Part shown: in pieces, positions 17,672-31,290 of the stretch
Position numbering within the stretch: the first letter of the stretch is position 1
How the letters are laid out: the number at the start of each line of letters is the position of its first letter
Source: the human T2T-CHM13v2.0 reference genome, Homo sapiens
Direction: 5' to 3' (one strand)
Assembly (NCBI RefSeq): GCF_009914755.1
Contig: NC_060945.1
DNA length: 64,000 bases
Translations under genes and position numbers: made by a program
Notes under the pieces: generated by a model
Told to the model about the DNA's origin: nothing
What the model saw: the letters and a program-made list of their open reading frames with translations, nothing else
The model's database searches: none

Positions 17672-18401
17672 AAATTACATAGCAATATACATCCCAAACC
17701 TTTTCTCAAAATTGTCATTAGCTTTTTAAATTCGTTAAATATTTTCATCTCATTAAAAATGGTTTCTTCCTTTAAAATTTCCCAGAAAGTGTGGCCTCTG
17801 TTTTCTGCTACTCAGTTTAAACACATCATCAAGGATAGATAATTAATGTCAGGTGAGCATAAAAGGAGATTATAAACCAGAAATGTGTTTTCTGGGAACC
17901 AAGTTTCAAGTGACTCAGATAAGTTTTATTAATTTCATGGGTGAAGCCCCTGGATAAAGCAGTGCCTAAATCAGGCTTGTTTACCCTTGGCATTATGTCA
18001 CCAAACACTGTTTCAGGATACTGGAAGTACATACAGCTTGGGAGGTCTTTGGCCTGAGCCTGTTTTGGCCAAGCCCATCCAGAATGAAAAGTACAAAAGA
18101 AGGCTAGTGTGTGTGCAAAGCAGCATGGCTTATTTTGAGGTCCTATTAGTTGTGGGCCAACAAAACAGTGGCAGGATTTGAAGGAAGAAATGTATTGCAA
18201 TAGTCCATATCCTTCGAACCACAAAGGGAGACTGAGGAAATGCTGGCTTTAGGCCAAAAAACCCTGGCTCAAAACAGCTTCCTCCAGTGGCTCAGAGGCA
18301 GACCAAATTCATCAAGTCAAGGACCTTTTCCTGCTACCACCTTGCGGAGAGGGGCCTTCACCAGCCCACCCTGCACATGGGTTTCTGCTGTTCAGAACCT
18401 A

Positions 18402-19216
<815 letters not shown>

Positions 19217-19768
19217 CTACAGAATAGAGTAGGGGTGGAGGGAAGTCATGCATTTCCAGTGGCTAGCACTTTGCGCTCTGCCTTGGCGAGTATCTGCAAA
19301 CTTCCTGACCATCAAGTGCGCTTGCAGCCATCCTGGATGTCAACTGGCCACAGACCCTTTGCTATGGGGAGTCCCTGGCTACATCCATTAGCAAGTCAGA
19401 GGTTTCCTTTTGTCCCCATGATGCCACTCTCCAGCAAGCTCAAACTGCTGTCACAATTGTTTTACTGTACCTAAAAAGGAACAGATAAGGCAAGAGCCAC
19501 AGTCAATGTTTTCTGTGAAATGGTCTTGGCAAATAGCATTAAGAAATCTTGTTGAATTTCAAAGAAAAGGTCTGATTAGAGGTGCCTGTTGGAAGCAGAA
19601 GCCTCAAGAAATGAGGAAGGAAAGTTAATTTGAGGGTCTGTTTCATTTCTGATACAGAATAATCACAAAAACAAGTATATGCCGCTGGCTGTAGCTCCCC
19701 TTAGGATTTGGATAACCAGCTGGATTTCCAGATGGCCACTCCCGTTCTCTATGCTTCCCTCCTCCGGG

Positions 19769-19851
19769 CTATATCCTGCAGAGCTTCAGCGGGAAGTTCT
19801 CCGTGATGAGGTGGTCAGGGTGAAGCAGCACCACGATGTTAACCTCAAATT
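19769..19851 (-). CDS. VPS26C: VPS26C last coding exon, (E)FEVNIVVLLHPDHLITENFPLKLCRI-stop
   Basis: Acceptor CTCTTCTCAG|AA, TAG at 19771-19769; the eight exons sum to 894 nt = 297 aa + stop. Confidence 0.97.
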
Positions 19852-21476
19852 CTGAGAAGAGAAGAGAGGGTGGGTTTGTGCTCACTGTTACCAAGCAGCG
19901 AAACCACACGCCGCCACCACTGCAGTCGCAGGAAGCTCTAACGGCGAAGGAGCACCCGGTGCGGGTGGGTTTCATTGCTGTCCCCTCAGCGCCACCCTGA
20001 CCTTTCAGCCAAACCAGTGGAGATGACTATGCTGATGTCTGACTACCTCTGTCAACTTTCTCTAAGTGAATTTTTGTCCTCTCATCTTGGAACATGAGTG
20101 ATCAGGCTTCACCAACTACACTTTCCCTGTCCCTTTGCTTTCCTAAAAAGGATATTCTAGAACCCTTTCAATTCATTTGTATTCCTTTGCCTTATTTTTA
20201 CATTTCCTACGGTTCTTAATGAAATAGCAGACTGTGAACCAGCGCATAGCTGTCTGGGCCCATGTCCCCAATCCCCAGGTGAGAAACAGTCTTCAGAAGC
20301 AACAATTTCATTGTTGCTCCATTGGATACTATTCATCCATCACCTTTCAGCAAACAGGATTCCTTCTCCACCGACTCTTCAGCTGATATGGGTGAGCCTT
20401 GTTGATCCTAACAAAAGGGATGTGTGTGAAGAGGAAGCACCTGACGACAAACAAGCACCATCTCCTTCCCCAGTGTGAGGAGGGGTGGGAAGGGCACCGT
20501 GTGGGCAGAGGGCACCCTGTGCTGAGCCCCACACTGTGGCAGCTCAGCTGTGGAAGGGGCCTTGGAGTCAGTGCCCACCTGTGGCTGGGGTCTGCAGGAC
20601 AACATCCCCGTGTGGGAGTGTCCACCTCCGCCCAAACATCAGCCACAAGAAGAGTCGGCCACCAGCAGTGGCCGGCCTGTCCTTCCTCACTTTATTGTCA
20701 CTACATTAGAGTCCTCTGGGCACTTCCTGCCACCACTCCCTTCAATGGGTTCTCCACCCCTCTTGTTGTGCCCCCCAGAAGGGTGGAGGGTGTGGCTGGA
20801 GTGGACAGAGAGGGATGCCCAGCAGGCAAGATAGGGAGCTGGCGGGGGCTTTCCTTTACAGCAGGAAAACAGCTGCACTGGAGCCGCCATGATACCCAGG
20901 CGCTGCTTAGAGTCCGAGTGAGTTCCAGTCTCGGGCCTGACCGTGCATTTGAGGTCACTCGCACGGAATTGGAGGGGAACACACAGAGGTGCTGCTCTTG
21001 ATGTGGATGCAGTGCTCACTCCTGACTTCCAACCTAGAGGTCCCCGAGCCTCTCTGAATCACAGTCCCCTGCTACTGAGAAGGCTCGGTCCCTTCCTACT
21101 GGGTCTCTCTGTTCTACTTCTTCGTAGTGTGGAGTGATCTCCCAATTAACATGATTCTTATTAAGATGGAGGTCCCATTACAATATTTATAGGAAGAGTT
21201 AAAAACATGGAAATGTTCATGATACAATGTTAAGGGAAAAAGGCAGAATATAAAAGGGTGTCTGTGACCTGATTCAGATCCCATGGTTAAAATATGAACA
21301 CACAGGTTCATGGAAACTCACTAGAGGCATCTAGGCCGCGGGGCTCAAGGCCTTCCTGCTGCTGAGCGCTCACTCTGGGGTTTTCACGGGTCCTGGACCT
21401 TCACACAGAGCCACTTTCTCAGTATCCACACCACCCCCCACTCCTGTGGTGCTCGTTCACGGGAGTTTTCTTCACG

Positions 21477-21599
21477 GAGCTCAGCGTCACCTGCCCATGT
21501 CTACACAGAGCTCAGCGTCACCTGCCCATGTCTACACGGAGCTCAGCGTCACCTGCCCATGTCTACACAGAGCTCAGCGTCACCTGCCCATGTCTACAC
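21477..21599. repeat. 31-bp minisatellite x4 (GAGCTCAGCGTCACCTGCCCATGTCTACAC[A/G])
   Basis: Units start at 21477, 21508, 21539, 21570; identical except the alternating last base. Confidence 0.95.
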
Positions 21600-21716
21600 T
21601 GATGTGGGTCTGTGTGTTTCCCCATGTGACAGTGGAAGTCCCACAAGCACCAGGACTGCCTGTGGGTGTGTCCCCTGTGCAGCACAGCAGCTCCTTAACA
21701 AGGTTTTGTTGAGCAG

Positions 21717-21830
21717 CCGAAGGGCAGCAGGCTCTGAGCTGTATGGCCTGTGGCAGGCCCTGGCACTGAGGGACCGAAGGGCGGCAGGTTCTGAGCTCTG
21801 TGACCCACAGCAGGCCCTGGCGCTGAGCGG
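21717..21830. repeat. 57-bp imperfect tandem duplication x2
   Basis: CCGAAGGGC[A/G]GCAGG...CAGGCCCTGGC[A/G]CTGAG at 21717 and 21774. Confidence 0.85.
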
Positions 21831-21874
21831 CCCTTCCCATGGGCCCATGAGGGCTGGAGGCGAGTGCCACTTAC

Positions 21875-22027
21875 CCACTTTGAAGTTGGTGGTCTCCAGT
21901 GTAGGGCAGGTGAACAGCCTAGGGAAGACCATGTAGATGGGGACAGAGAGGCCCCTGCACACATCCCCGTCGGCGATCTGAATGTTCTGAATCTCCGTGG
22001 CGTCGCGGGCATAGCCTTCTGCACACC
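21875..22027 (-). CDS. VPS26C: VPS26C coding exon 7, (G)CAEGYARDATEIQNIQIADGDVCRGLSVPIYMVFPRLFTCPTLETTNFKV(E)
   Basis: Acceptor CTCCCTCCCGCAG|GG, donor TGG|GTAAGT; 153 nt, phase 1-1. Confidence 0.97.
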
Positions 22028-22214
22028 CTGCGGGAGGGAGGCCACATCACGCGGTCAGGGCCAGCAGAGGCTGCGGGTCCACATCCGCACCGGCACCACC
22101 CACCAGTCTGCTCCAAGAATCCTCCAGGGTCCCCTCCCCTCACTTTCCTTAGACACGCGGCTACTGCTAAGGCACAGCCACGCTCTTACTTTTGCTTCCC
22201 CGACGTCCTCTCGT

Positions 22215-22358
22215 TTTTTAGAGTCAGGGTCATGGTCTGCTCTGCTGCCCAGGCTGGAGTGCAATGGTGCGATCTCAGCTCACTGCAGCCTCAAACCACC
22301 CTCCCACCTCAGCCTCCTGAGTAGCTGGGATTACAGGGGTGCGCCACTGTGCCCAGCC
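22215..22358 (-). mobile_element. Alu right-arm fragment in intron 6
   Basis: CCCAGGCTGGAGTGCAATGG...GTAGCTGGGATTACAGG. Confidence 0.75.
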
Positions 22359-22442
22359 CCCCAGCATCCTCTTAACCATGGAACGTGAGGGTGGCAGTCG
22401 AGGGGGACAGGCAAGCGCCAGGCCTGGTGGCACGGCCCTCAC

Positions 22443-22593
22443 CGCACGTCTCCACGCGCACCAGCTGCAGCTCCACGCTTCTGATGGCGGCTTCCGAGCT
22501 CTCCACCACCAGCTCTCCCGTTAGTGGCTGCGTGATGACACAGTTTGTTGAGTTGAGATGTCCTCGAAGGAGAAATTTGGGAAGCAAAGCTCT
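22443..22593 (-). CDS. VPS26C: VPS26C coding exon 6, RALLPKFLLRGHLNSTNCVITQPLTGELVVESSEAAIRSVELQLVRVETC(G)
   Basis: Acceptor TTTTGTTTTAG|AGA, donor GCG|GTGAGG; 151 nt, phase 0-1. Confidence 0.97.
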
Positions 22594-22969
22594 CTAAAAC
22601 AAAATGAAAACAAATACATCAGAATGCAGGCAAGGGGGGAAAGTGCTCCATACTTTGGTGCAAATAAAACCTGGAAGCGAAGTTGGATAGTGGTTACACA
22701 GTCCACCGGGACCGTCTCACAAAACGGGAAGAAAGGAGCGAAGTACTGACGTCTTGGACATTAGCCGGCTGAATTATTCAACGACTCTCTACATATGGCA
22801 CCTGACTGACACTCTGTGTACAGAGAATGCCTCAGAGAACCATCCTAATTGCCTAGTCTCAGAGCTAGAAAGCTCCTTCTTACCAAGGAATAAGACATGA
22901 AAAAGTCTGAGGGAGTCGCCATGGTGTTCAAGACAACCTGACACACACACAGTTAAAAAGAAAAGTCCT

Positions 22970-23251
22970 GGCCAGGCACAGTGGCTCAGGCCCGTAATCC
23001 CAGGGCTTTGGGAGGCAAAGGCAGGAGGATCACTTGAGGCCAGGAGTTCAAGAACAGCCTGTGTAACACAGCAAGACCCCATCTCTAAAAAATGTTTTAA
23101 AAATTAGCTGGGCAGGCTGGTGCACACCTGTAGTCTCAGTTACGTGGGAGGCAGAGGCAGGAGGATTGCTTGAGGCTCCAGTGAGCAATGATTACACCAG
23201 TGCACTCCAGTCTGGGTGACAAGAATGAGATGCTGTCTCTTAAAAAAAAAA
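22970..23251 (+). mobile_element. AluJ in intron 5
   Basis: Forward Alu consensus with A tail. Confidence 0.85.
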
Positions 23252-23415
23252 CATTCAAAGATGTTCCCAATTGTACAATTTTTAAAACCCAAGACATTTA
23301 TTTTATTTCATGGAAATTTGAAGAAAACTAGTTTCTTTGACGCTTGATGAGAAGCCTACAAACCTTTACTCTGCACACCTGACGCTGGCCAGGAAGGACT
23401 GATGATGGTCTAGAG

Positions 23416-23624
23416 CAGGGGTGTCCACTCTTTTGGCTTCCCTGGGCCACGTTGGAAGAAGAAGAATTGTCTTGGGTCACACATAAAATATATTAACACT
23501 AATGATAGCTGATGAGCTAAAAAAAAATCACAGAAACAAAATCTCATGTTTTAAGGTTTATGAATTTGTGTTGGGTCACATTCAAAGCCATCCTGGCCGG
23601 TGGGCTGTGGGTTGAATGGGCTTG
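23416..23624. mobile_element. MER30 hAT-Charlie MITE
   Basis: CAGGGGTGTCC start and GCTTG end; 8-bp TSD GTCTAGAG / GTCTAGAC. Confidence 0.8.
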
Positions 23625-23699
23625 GTCTAGACAGAGACAATTTTTCTAGGAATCTTTACCTCTGGCTGGATCCCAGTTACTGAAAGGATCAGATATTGG

Positions 23700-23995
23700 C
23701 ATACTACTGTCCAACAGAAACATAATGCAAGCTGCGAGTGGAAGCCACATATATAATTTGGAATTTTCTGGTAGCCACATTAAAAAAGAAGGTAAAATTA
23801 ACGAATATATCAAAAGTGTTATCACTTCCACATATAATCAATATCAAAAATATGAATGATGTTTTACATTCTTCTTTTCATCCTGAGTCTTTGAAATCTG
23901 GTCAGTATTTACACATCCAACTCAGCTACTTGGTCCAGCCATGTGTCCAGGGTCAATGGTGATGTGTGGCTGGTGGCCACCTGATCAGGCAGTGA
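23700..23995. mobile_element. MER33-like hAT element
   Basis: CTGTCCAACAGAAACATAATGCAAGC...GTAGCCACATTAAAAAAG...TGTGGCTGGTGGCCAC pattern. Confidence 0.6.
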
Positions 23996-24084
23996 AGCTC
24001 TGGACCTGAAAAGCCCGGGACTCTGGACCTGGCAGTCCCCAAAGGTACAGACCTCTGAAGAAGTCTGCATTCAAGATGGAGCTT

Positions 24085-24385
24085 TTATTTATTTGTTTTT
24101 ATTATAAACATTTTTAGAGACAGGGTCTTGCTCTGTTGCCCAGGCTGGAGTACATGGCTCACTGCAGCCTCACCTCCTGGGCTCAGGCAATCCTTTTGCC
24201 TAAGCCTCCCTAGTAGCTGGGACTACGATCGCATGCCACCACACCCAGCTAATTTTTACATTTTTCTTTTGTAGAGACAGGTTCTATGTTGCCCACGCTG
24301 GTCTTGAACTCCTGACCTTAAGTGATCCTCCTGCCTTGGCCTCCCAAAGTGGTGGGATTCCAGGCATGATCTACTGTGCCTGGCC
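24085..24385 (-). mobile_element. AluJ in intron 5
   Basis: Reverse Alu consensus. Confidence 0.85.
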
Positions 24386-26595
24386 AAGACAGAGTTTTAA
24401 AAATAACTAAGAGAAGCTATTTGTGTAGAAAAACAAAAAGCAGTAGCAGTACACATTAAAATTCTTTTAGGCGACTGATGAAAAAGGATAGCTTTCAACA
24501 TTCAGCTCAAGATACTGACTAAACAATCATTTTCCCTCTCCTCCCACTGACATGATATTAACATATACAAATAAAATAAACCTATACTATTTTGAGTCTG
24601 AGCTCCAGCCTAGTAGTTCCTGTAAAGCTGTCTTATATCCTTCCAATAAATCTCTTTTCTACTTAAAAATCTACAAGATTTTCTACAATACATCTCTTTT
24701 CTACTTAAAAAGCAAAACAAAAAACCACCAGTGGCATTTTGTGAATAAGCAATTTTATTTTATTTGCTTTATGTGTTATTTTCTTATTTTCCAACAATAA
24801 ACCTGAATGGTTCTGTGGAAAGAAAAGTTCTTCGTGTTTACAAATAAACCTATACCTAGAAAAGCCACAAGGAACGCCCCGTGGGGACCACCCCAGTGAA
24901 GTGTTTCTGTCCGGCAGAAAGTGGACAGACAATCCGGCTCCCGGGAGTTCGGGGCACCCGTCCTCCAGGTGGCAGGGGGAGCGGTGAGAGCGGGTGTGCT
25001 CGCAGGGCGTGTGGTCAGCCTGCCATCGGGCGGGGGCCTGCGAAGGGCAGTAGGCAGGTATCACAGGTGAGCTCACCAGATGGGGGAAGCTGCCACAGAC
25101 TGGCACCACAGCTTCCTGCAAAGGGGATCTCCCACCCGGAAAAGCAGACTCGGGGCAAGGTAGGACAAGTGTCCCACGTCATTCACAGCCACAATGCAGA
25201 CAGCGAGCCTCTGGACTCAGGAGACAAGCTGCCTACAAACACCCCGGCCACGTGCCACACCCAGGGCAGAGCGCCTCTGATGAGCACGTGCTGAGGACCA
25301 GGAGAACAGGTTCTCACCTGGGCTAAGGATACAGCCTCTACAACACCACCACACACATTAGATCCTCATTTGTAAATGTAAACTGACAACCGAGGATCAA
25401 TACACATTTAAGGAAAACAAAAGCAAGAAAAAGACACACACACTCGACAAACAGAACCAACCCCTGAGAAACAGAATCAATACAGGAAAAGGAGATGAAA
25501 GGCCACTGCGTCCGTCATGGAAGCAGCAGCTATCCCGAAGAAGAAACGGTGTCTAGAAATGAATCACATTACTGCTGAGGTCAGCGCTTCCGCAGACAGG
25601 CTACAGAGGTGGGAGACGGGAGTCTGAGTGGCCCACTGGGGTCGCGTGCCCTCAGAGCCCGGAGAAGGGAGACGTGCAGAACAGACAGAGGAGTGGCCTT
25701 TCCTCCCTCACCTGTCTGAAAGGCTCCCCACGACACATGTCCAGCCTCTGAGGGATGAGGCCAATGACATCCCAGGGCCCAGGCCTCCCAGCTTGTCCTT
25801 CACTTGATCCTAGTCAGTGTGGTCCAGACAGCAGAATAAAGAATTAGAGGAAGGATGAAAAGTTACATCCAGGAAGAACTACAGGACTCCACTGTTTAGG
25901 AGAAATGCATGGCAGTGGATGAGAGGGCAAGATCAGGGAGGCCGGGGCCAGGCAGAGTTTTGGACGGGCCCAAGTTCACCGTGCAGCTCGAGGGACCAGC
26001 TGAGGCTCCACCAGCGGCTGCCACTGACAGCCAGACAGCCCTGTCCTGATGCAGGAGGCGGGGGAGCTGGGCTGGCACTGCCCAGGCGTCTGTGTCCTCA
26101 CTGTACCTGCCCTGGCCGTGAGGCGTCCACCACGGAGGGCACTGCGGAATCTTTGAAAAGCACGTTGCTGCCCGGCCTCTGTCTGATGGGAATGCTGGGG
26201 AAGAAACTGCAAACTAAACATCCATGGAGGATGACAACAGGCCAGGGGGCCGGGCGCAGGCCCCGGCTAACCATGAGAAATGAAGGGACGTGGCCGTGTC
26301 ATGGGCAGCAGGGGGTCTTGGGGGCCCATGATGCAGTAAAACTGAGGGAAAATGGTGAGATTAATAGACATGGACCCTCCCTGAGGAACTTTTCAAAAGC
26401 AGTCCTCTTCTAAGCTGCTTTACTGAGCTTAAAAAGGAAATCAAATGGAAAATACTGAGTAATTTGGGTACAATCAGAAATCTCTGCTGGCTGATGACGT
26501 GATTTCCAAATGAAGACCACCCGGGCAATAGCTAGTCCGTGGGGTCTGGCTGCTGGGAAGATACCCACGGCATTCGCCTGTGCAGGACGTCTTAC

Positions 26596-26670
26596 CTCTT
26601 TGACGTTCTGTAAGGTTTCAGGTGTAATCGTGAAGTCCACGGGACTGGGAGTAAACTTCCCCTTCTGAGG
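26596..26670 (-). CDS. VPS26C: VPS26C coding exon 5, PQKGKFTPSPVDFTITPETLQNVKE
   Basis: Acceptor CTCGTTTTAG|CCT, donor GAG|GTAAGA; 75 nt, phase 0-0. Confidence 0.96.
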
Positions 26671-27580
26671 CTAAAACGAGAGGTGAAACCGAAATCAGTA
26701 GGTGAAGGCCAAGAGTTCTGCAGGTCAAATAGCTTTTCCCTTTCAAAAATAAACCAACGGCAGCCTGGCGATGCAGGAAGGACGGGGAACTAAGAGGCGC
26801 AAGCCTGGGTCCTGAACACAGTTCTGTCAAATTTCCCCATCTTGCTGAAACTCAGTTTCCTCATCTGTAAAATGAGGGGAGAGATGTCTTAATCTCCAAC
26901 GTGCCTTTCAGATTCAGAATTTTAAAATCAGATCTAAGAAACAGAACAGTGTTATTGGCAAGTACTTATTTGAAACCTCAGCACAGTGACCCTCCAAAGG
27001 GCTCTTCACACCTCCCAGATGGTCCCACTTCACAGACGAGGCAAGCGGGGCAGAGAGCTCAGTGGCCTGCTCAGCTCAGTGGTGGAGCTGGGGGGCTGAG
27101 CATTGAACCCAGGAGGTCAGGTTGCTATTGGCCTCTGAGCTATAGAGCTGTCACCTGAAGAATCATACTTTAAACGTTACCAAAACAGCAGTAACAGTGA
27201 TCACCTCCATGTTACATAATTTCAGAATCTACAGATACAGCCGAGCTTCATGAGAGCCTGCCTGGCATTTTTTATCCAGGGGCTGGGATGCAAAGGGCCA
27301 GTCTACCATCCAGAGAGCCAGGGGGAGGAAAGGTCCTGCCTGATGTGCCGACGTGGAGTCCCTCTGGCCCGCGGCCTCAGCTGGGGGACTCTGGGCCCAG
27401 GACAATGATGCACACGTGATGCGCATGCCACCGACTGTCTCTGACCCAGAAGTCTTGTGTCTTCTGCCAGCACCCGTGAAACAGTAAGAGGCTAAATGGT
27501 GAGCTTGTAAATAGGGTAAACTCTCAGACCCCATGGGAGATTCCTATCATTAAGCACCAGAGTCCCCGAGTGAAGCTTAC

Positions 27581-27661
27581 AGCGGAGTGAACGATAAATT
27601 CACAGGTCTTTGTCAAGTCCTTGGCCAACAGAGACCGCTTCATGTCACAGCGCAGTGTATA
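27581..27661 (-). CDS. VPS26C: VPS26C coding exon 4, YTLRCDMKRSLLAKDLTKTCEFIVHSA
   Basis: Acceptor CTCTCCCCTTTTAG|TAT, donor GCT|GTAAGC; 81 nt, phase 0-0. Confidence 0.96.
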
Positions 27662-29064
27662 CTAAAGGGGAGAGTTGGAGGAAAAAAGTTCATTTTAGTG
27701 GGATTTGCTTTCATCTTGGAATTATATTCAAAGAGACAAGTCAGTCAACATATTTTAGGGAAATGTTGTACAATCAGTGCATTATAGAAAATTAACATAC
27801 ATAATATAATACATAATAGGATAGTTAATGTTCAAAATAAAGGCATTTCTGTTTTAAAAATGAACCACTTTAAGGTTATTCTTCAATCTGTTTGCACAGC
27901 TGGCCTGCAGTTGGACCCACTGGCAAACAGGTGCACGGTCCCACCTGTAGCAGGGAGCAGGCTGGCGAGACAGAAAGGGCAGTGCGCTCAGGAGCAGACG
28001 CCAGGCCAGATCCCGTTGTTGTCTGCCTTACTGTGCGAGCCCAGACAGATAACACAACTTGTCTGAGCTTCTGCTTCCCTTCTGTAGAATGGGGCTCTTA
28101 AGACCCACCTGCAGCGAGACTCCAATGAGATCATGTGTGACAAGCACTCAGCACAGGGCTGGCACAAAGCAATGCTGGAAAACAGCAGCTACTTTGTAAG
28201 CGGGATTAGAAAATCCATGCAGTGAGGACTGCAACCCTGGGACAGCACCCAGCATGTCACAACCCTTCCTCGCTGGGCACCTGCTCTGAGTGCATAGCAC
28301 TGCCCTGGGCACCAGAGCCAAGCTCAAGGTCACACCTGGTCCTCAGGGAACTTCTAGTTTACTGAATATGCAGTAACCCACACATCCATCAACCAACTTC
28401 CACAAGGGTCAACTCATGGCTAATCTTATTTCTCGAGACATCTGAGGTCTCTCTCCATCTGCCAACACACAGATGTAGCCTGCACCTCAAAGAAAAAGTG
28501 GGTTGGAAAACAATGTAGCATCGCACTTGCACACTTGCTTTTTTAATGTGGCAGAGCCGCATTCCATTTCTCTGCTGTCCCTAGGTTAGTTTTCTGAGCT
28601 GGTTGCTACCATGGTGCCTACTGCAAGGTGAGCTCTATTCCCCCAAGGGGAGCCCCACTGCAGAGCTGGTATTGAGCTTAAAGCAGGCTTTGAACGGAGA
28701 CTGTTGCTTCAAATCCCTGTCCGTGAGCTGAGAGACTATTTAAAAATGTAATTCTACAGCAGGACCACTGTTGTAATGCCAGTCTTTAAAAAAAAATCAC
28801 ATAATCCACGTTTAATAAAGTTAGTTGTTGTTTTAATCGTCCAGGAAAAACTTCAGAATTATGTCAAAAATAATTTTCATAACTCGGACTCTATGCATAA
28901 CTGAATCTTCCAAGAAGCTAATATTCGTATGAACAACCTGTCCGCATGAAATAAGAAGTTACTATATATATTTAAGGTACTACTGGGAGAGTAAAACATT
29001 GTTTAAAAGAATCATCCTTGTCTGCAAGGATCTTTATGTAGAATATATATACAATATATATATT

Positions 29065-29651
<587 letters not shown>

Positions 29652-30036
29652 CTGTCCATAGTTTTAAAGTAGATTCCTATAAAAGGAATTTTTAACTTTG
29701 AAAAGGGATGACTAGGATCTCTAGAAATGAGTGCTGAATATACAATTTCAGCAGACATGTTTTATGTGATAGGATAAACGCTTGCTAGCACAGCTACAAG
29801 AGTAAAGCAAGAGTAGAACAAACCTAATAAAACTTGCCTACAATTTAAATTATTGTAAAAAGAAGAAGTAGATGCACAAAGGGCAACTACGGAAGACTCT
29901 GATGATCATATGAAGTATCTAGTAACAAAGACAAACATGAACGCAACATGACTGAGAAGAATGTCAAGCTCTTCATCTAAAAAATGACAAGAAAGCCAAG
30001 CCTCTGGAAGTCAGGAATATAATACTGGCATTTGAT

Positions 30037-30069
30037 ACATATACATATATATATGTGTATATGTGTGTG

Positions 30070-30100
<31 letters not shown>
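30037..30100. repeat. (TA)n/(TG)n microsatellite plus poly-T
   Basis: Direct reading. Confidence 0.9.
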
Positions 30101-31290
30101 AATTAAAAAATTTTTTTCTTAAGAGATGAGGTATTGCTATGTTGCCCAGGCTGGACTTGAACTTCTGGGCTCAAGTGATTCTCCTACCTCAGCCTCCCAA
30201 GTGGCTGGGTTTACAGGTGCATGCCGCTGCACCCAGCACGTCTATCTTTTAAATCCTTTATTCTGATTTATGATTTTTACCGTTTTAGATTGTTACAACA
30301 CAATTCAATTTATGAATGAAAAATTTCTTGGCACATAATTTAAGAAAGATGATATTAGGGTTTAGCAACAAAAGTTTCTATCCAAAGAAATGTGCCTATG
30401 TTAACCTTTAGAGTAAGTGCGGTAAACAGTGCGGGCCGAGGAGTGCTGGTCTGGACCCGCAGGCTGAGGCTGGCCTGTGTGACCACAGGAAGTCACTGCC
30501 GTCTCTGGGCGGCACTTGCTCTACTATAAAACTGTAAGAAAAAGACCTGCCAAATAATGGCATGAATGAATGAATGGATGGATGGATGATGACAGATTTA
30601 AAAAAACATAATCTTAGTTTCTCTTAAATTTATTTTCTCAAAAGACGACAAATTTTGATATGAATCAAGAATTAATCAATACTTGAGAATTTTTACAAAT
30701 TCTGATAGGTGTGCAAATGTTAACTGTAATTATAGAGACAAACGTCCTTAGTTTTTGGAGATGCGCAATGAGGTATTTTGAGATGAAGTATCAAGACTCT
30801 GAAACTAACTTTAAAATGATTTAGAAAAAAATCTAAATTTTTAGGTGAACAAAGATGGCAAAATACTATTAAGTGCTGAATGACAATAAGTGTGATAAAG
30901 TCATGGAAATCAGAGGTTAAGCTAAGAAATCTCTTCATTGTTAGAAATCGGTGAGATAGGTGGGGAGGTACTGAATTCCAAATTGTAGTACTCTGAGGTT
31001 AACCCTCAAATGGTAAAATCTGATGATGAAAAGACGAGGGTAGGGGCAATTATTCCCTTTACTAAGGAACCGACCACCTGTTAACTCTCCTACTATATTT
31101 TAAGTAGCCTCCAATGTACACACAGCTCTGCAGCAACAGAAGCACACAAGCTTTTTGTTTTGTTTTCTTTTGTAGAGATGAGATCTTGCGTTGTTGCCCA
31201 GGCTGGTCTTGAACTCCTGGGTTCAAGCAATCCTCCTGCCATGGCCTCCCAAAGTGCAGGGATGACAAGCGTGAGCCACTGTGCCTGGCC
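30086..31290 (-). mobile_element. Two Alu monomers (FLAM-like; ~30086-30237 and ~31160-31290)
   Basis: Reverse left-monomer consensus. Confidence 0.7.

Noticed and set aside
17829-18224. 131-aa minus-strand ORF within the VPS26C 3' UTR
   Set aside because: GTG start, downstream of the main stop, no domain; no support without ribosome profiling
20399-21001. 200-aa + strand ORF in VPS26C intron 7
   Set aside because: Non-ATG start, GC-rich antisense intron, no recognisable domain or exon structure
21477-21599. Regular ~30-bp repeats resembling a CRISPR array
   Set aside because: No spacers; eukaryotic tandem minisatellite
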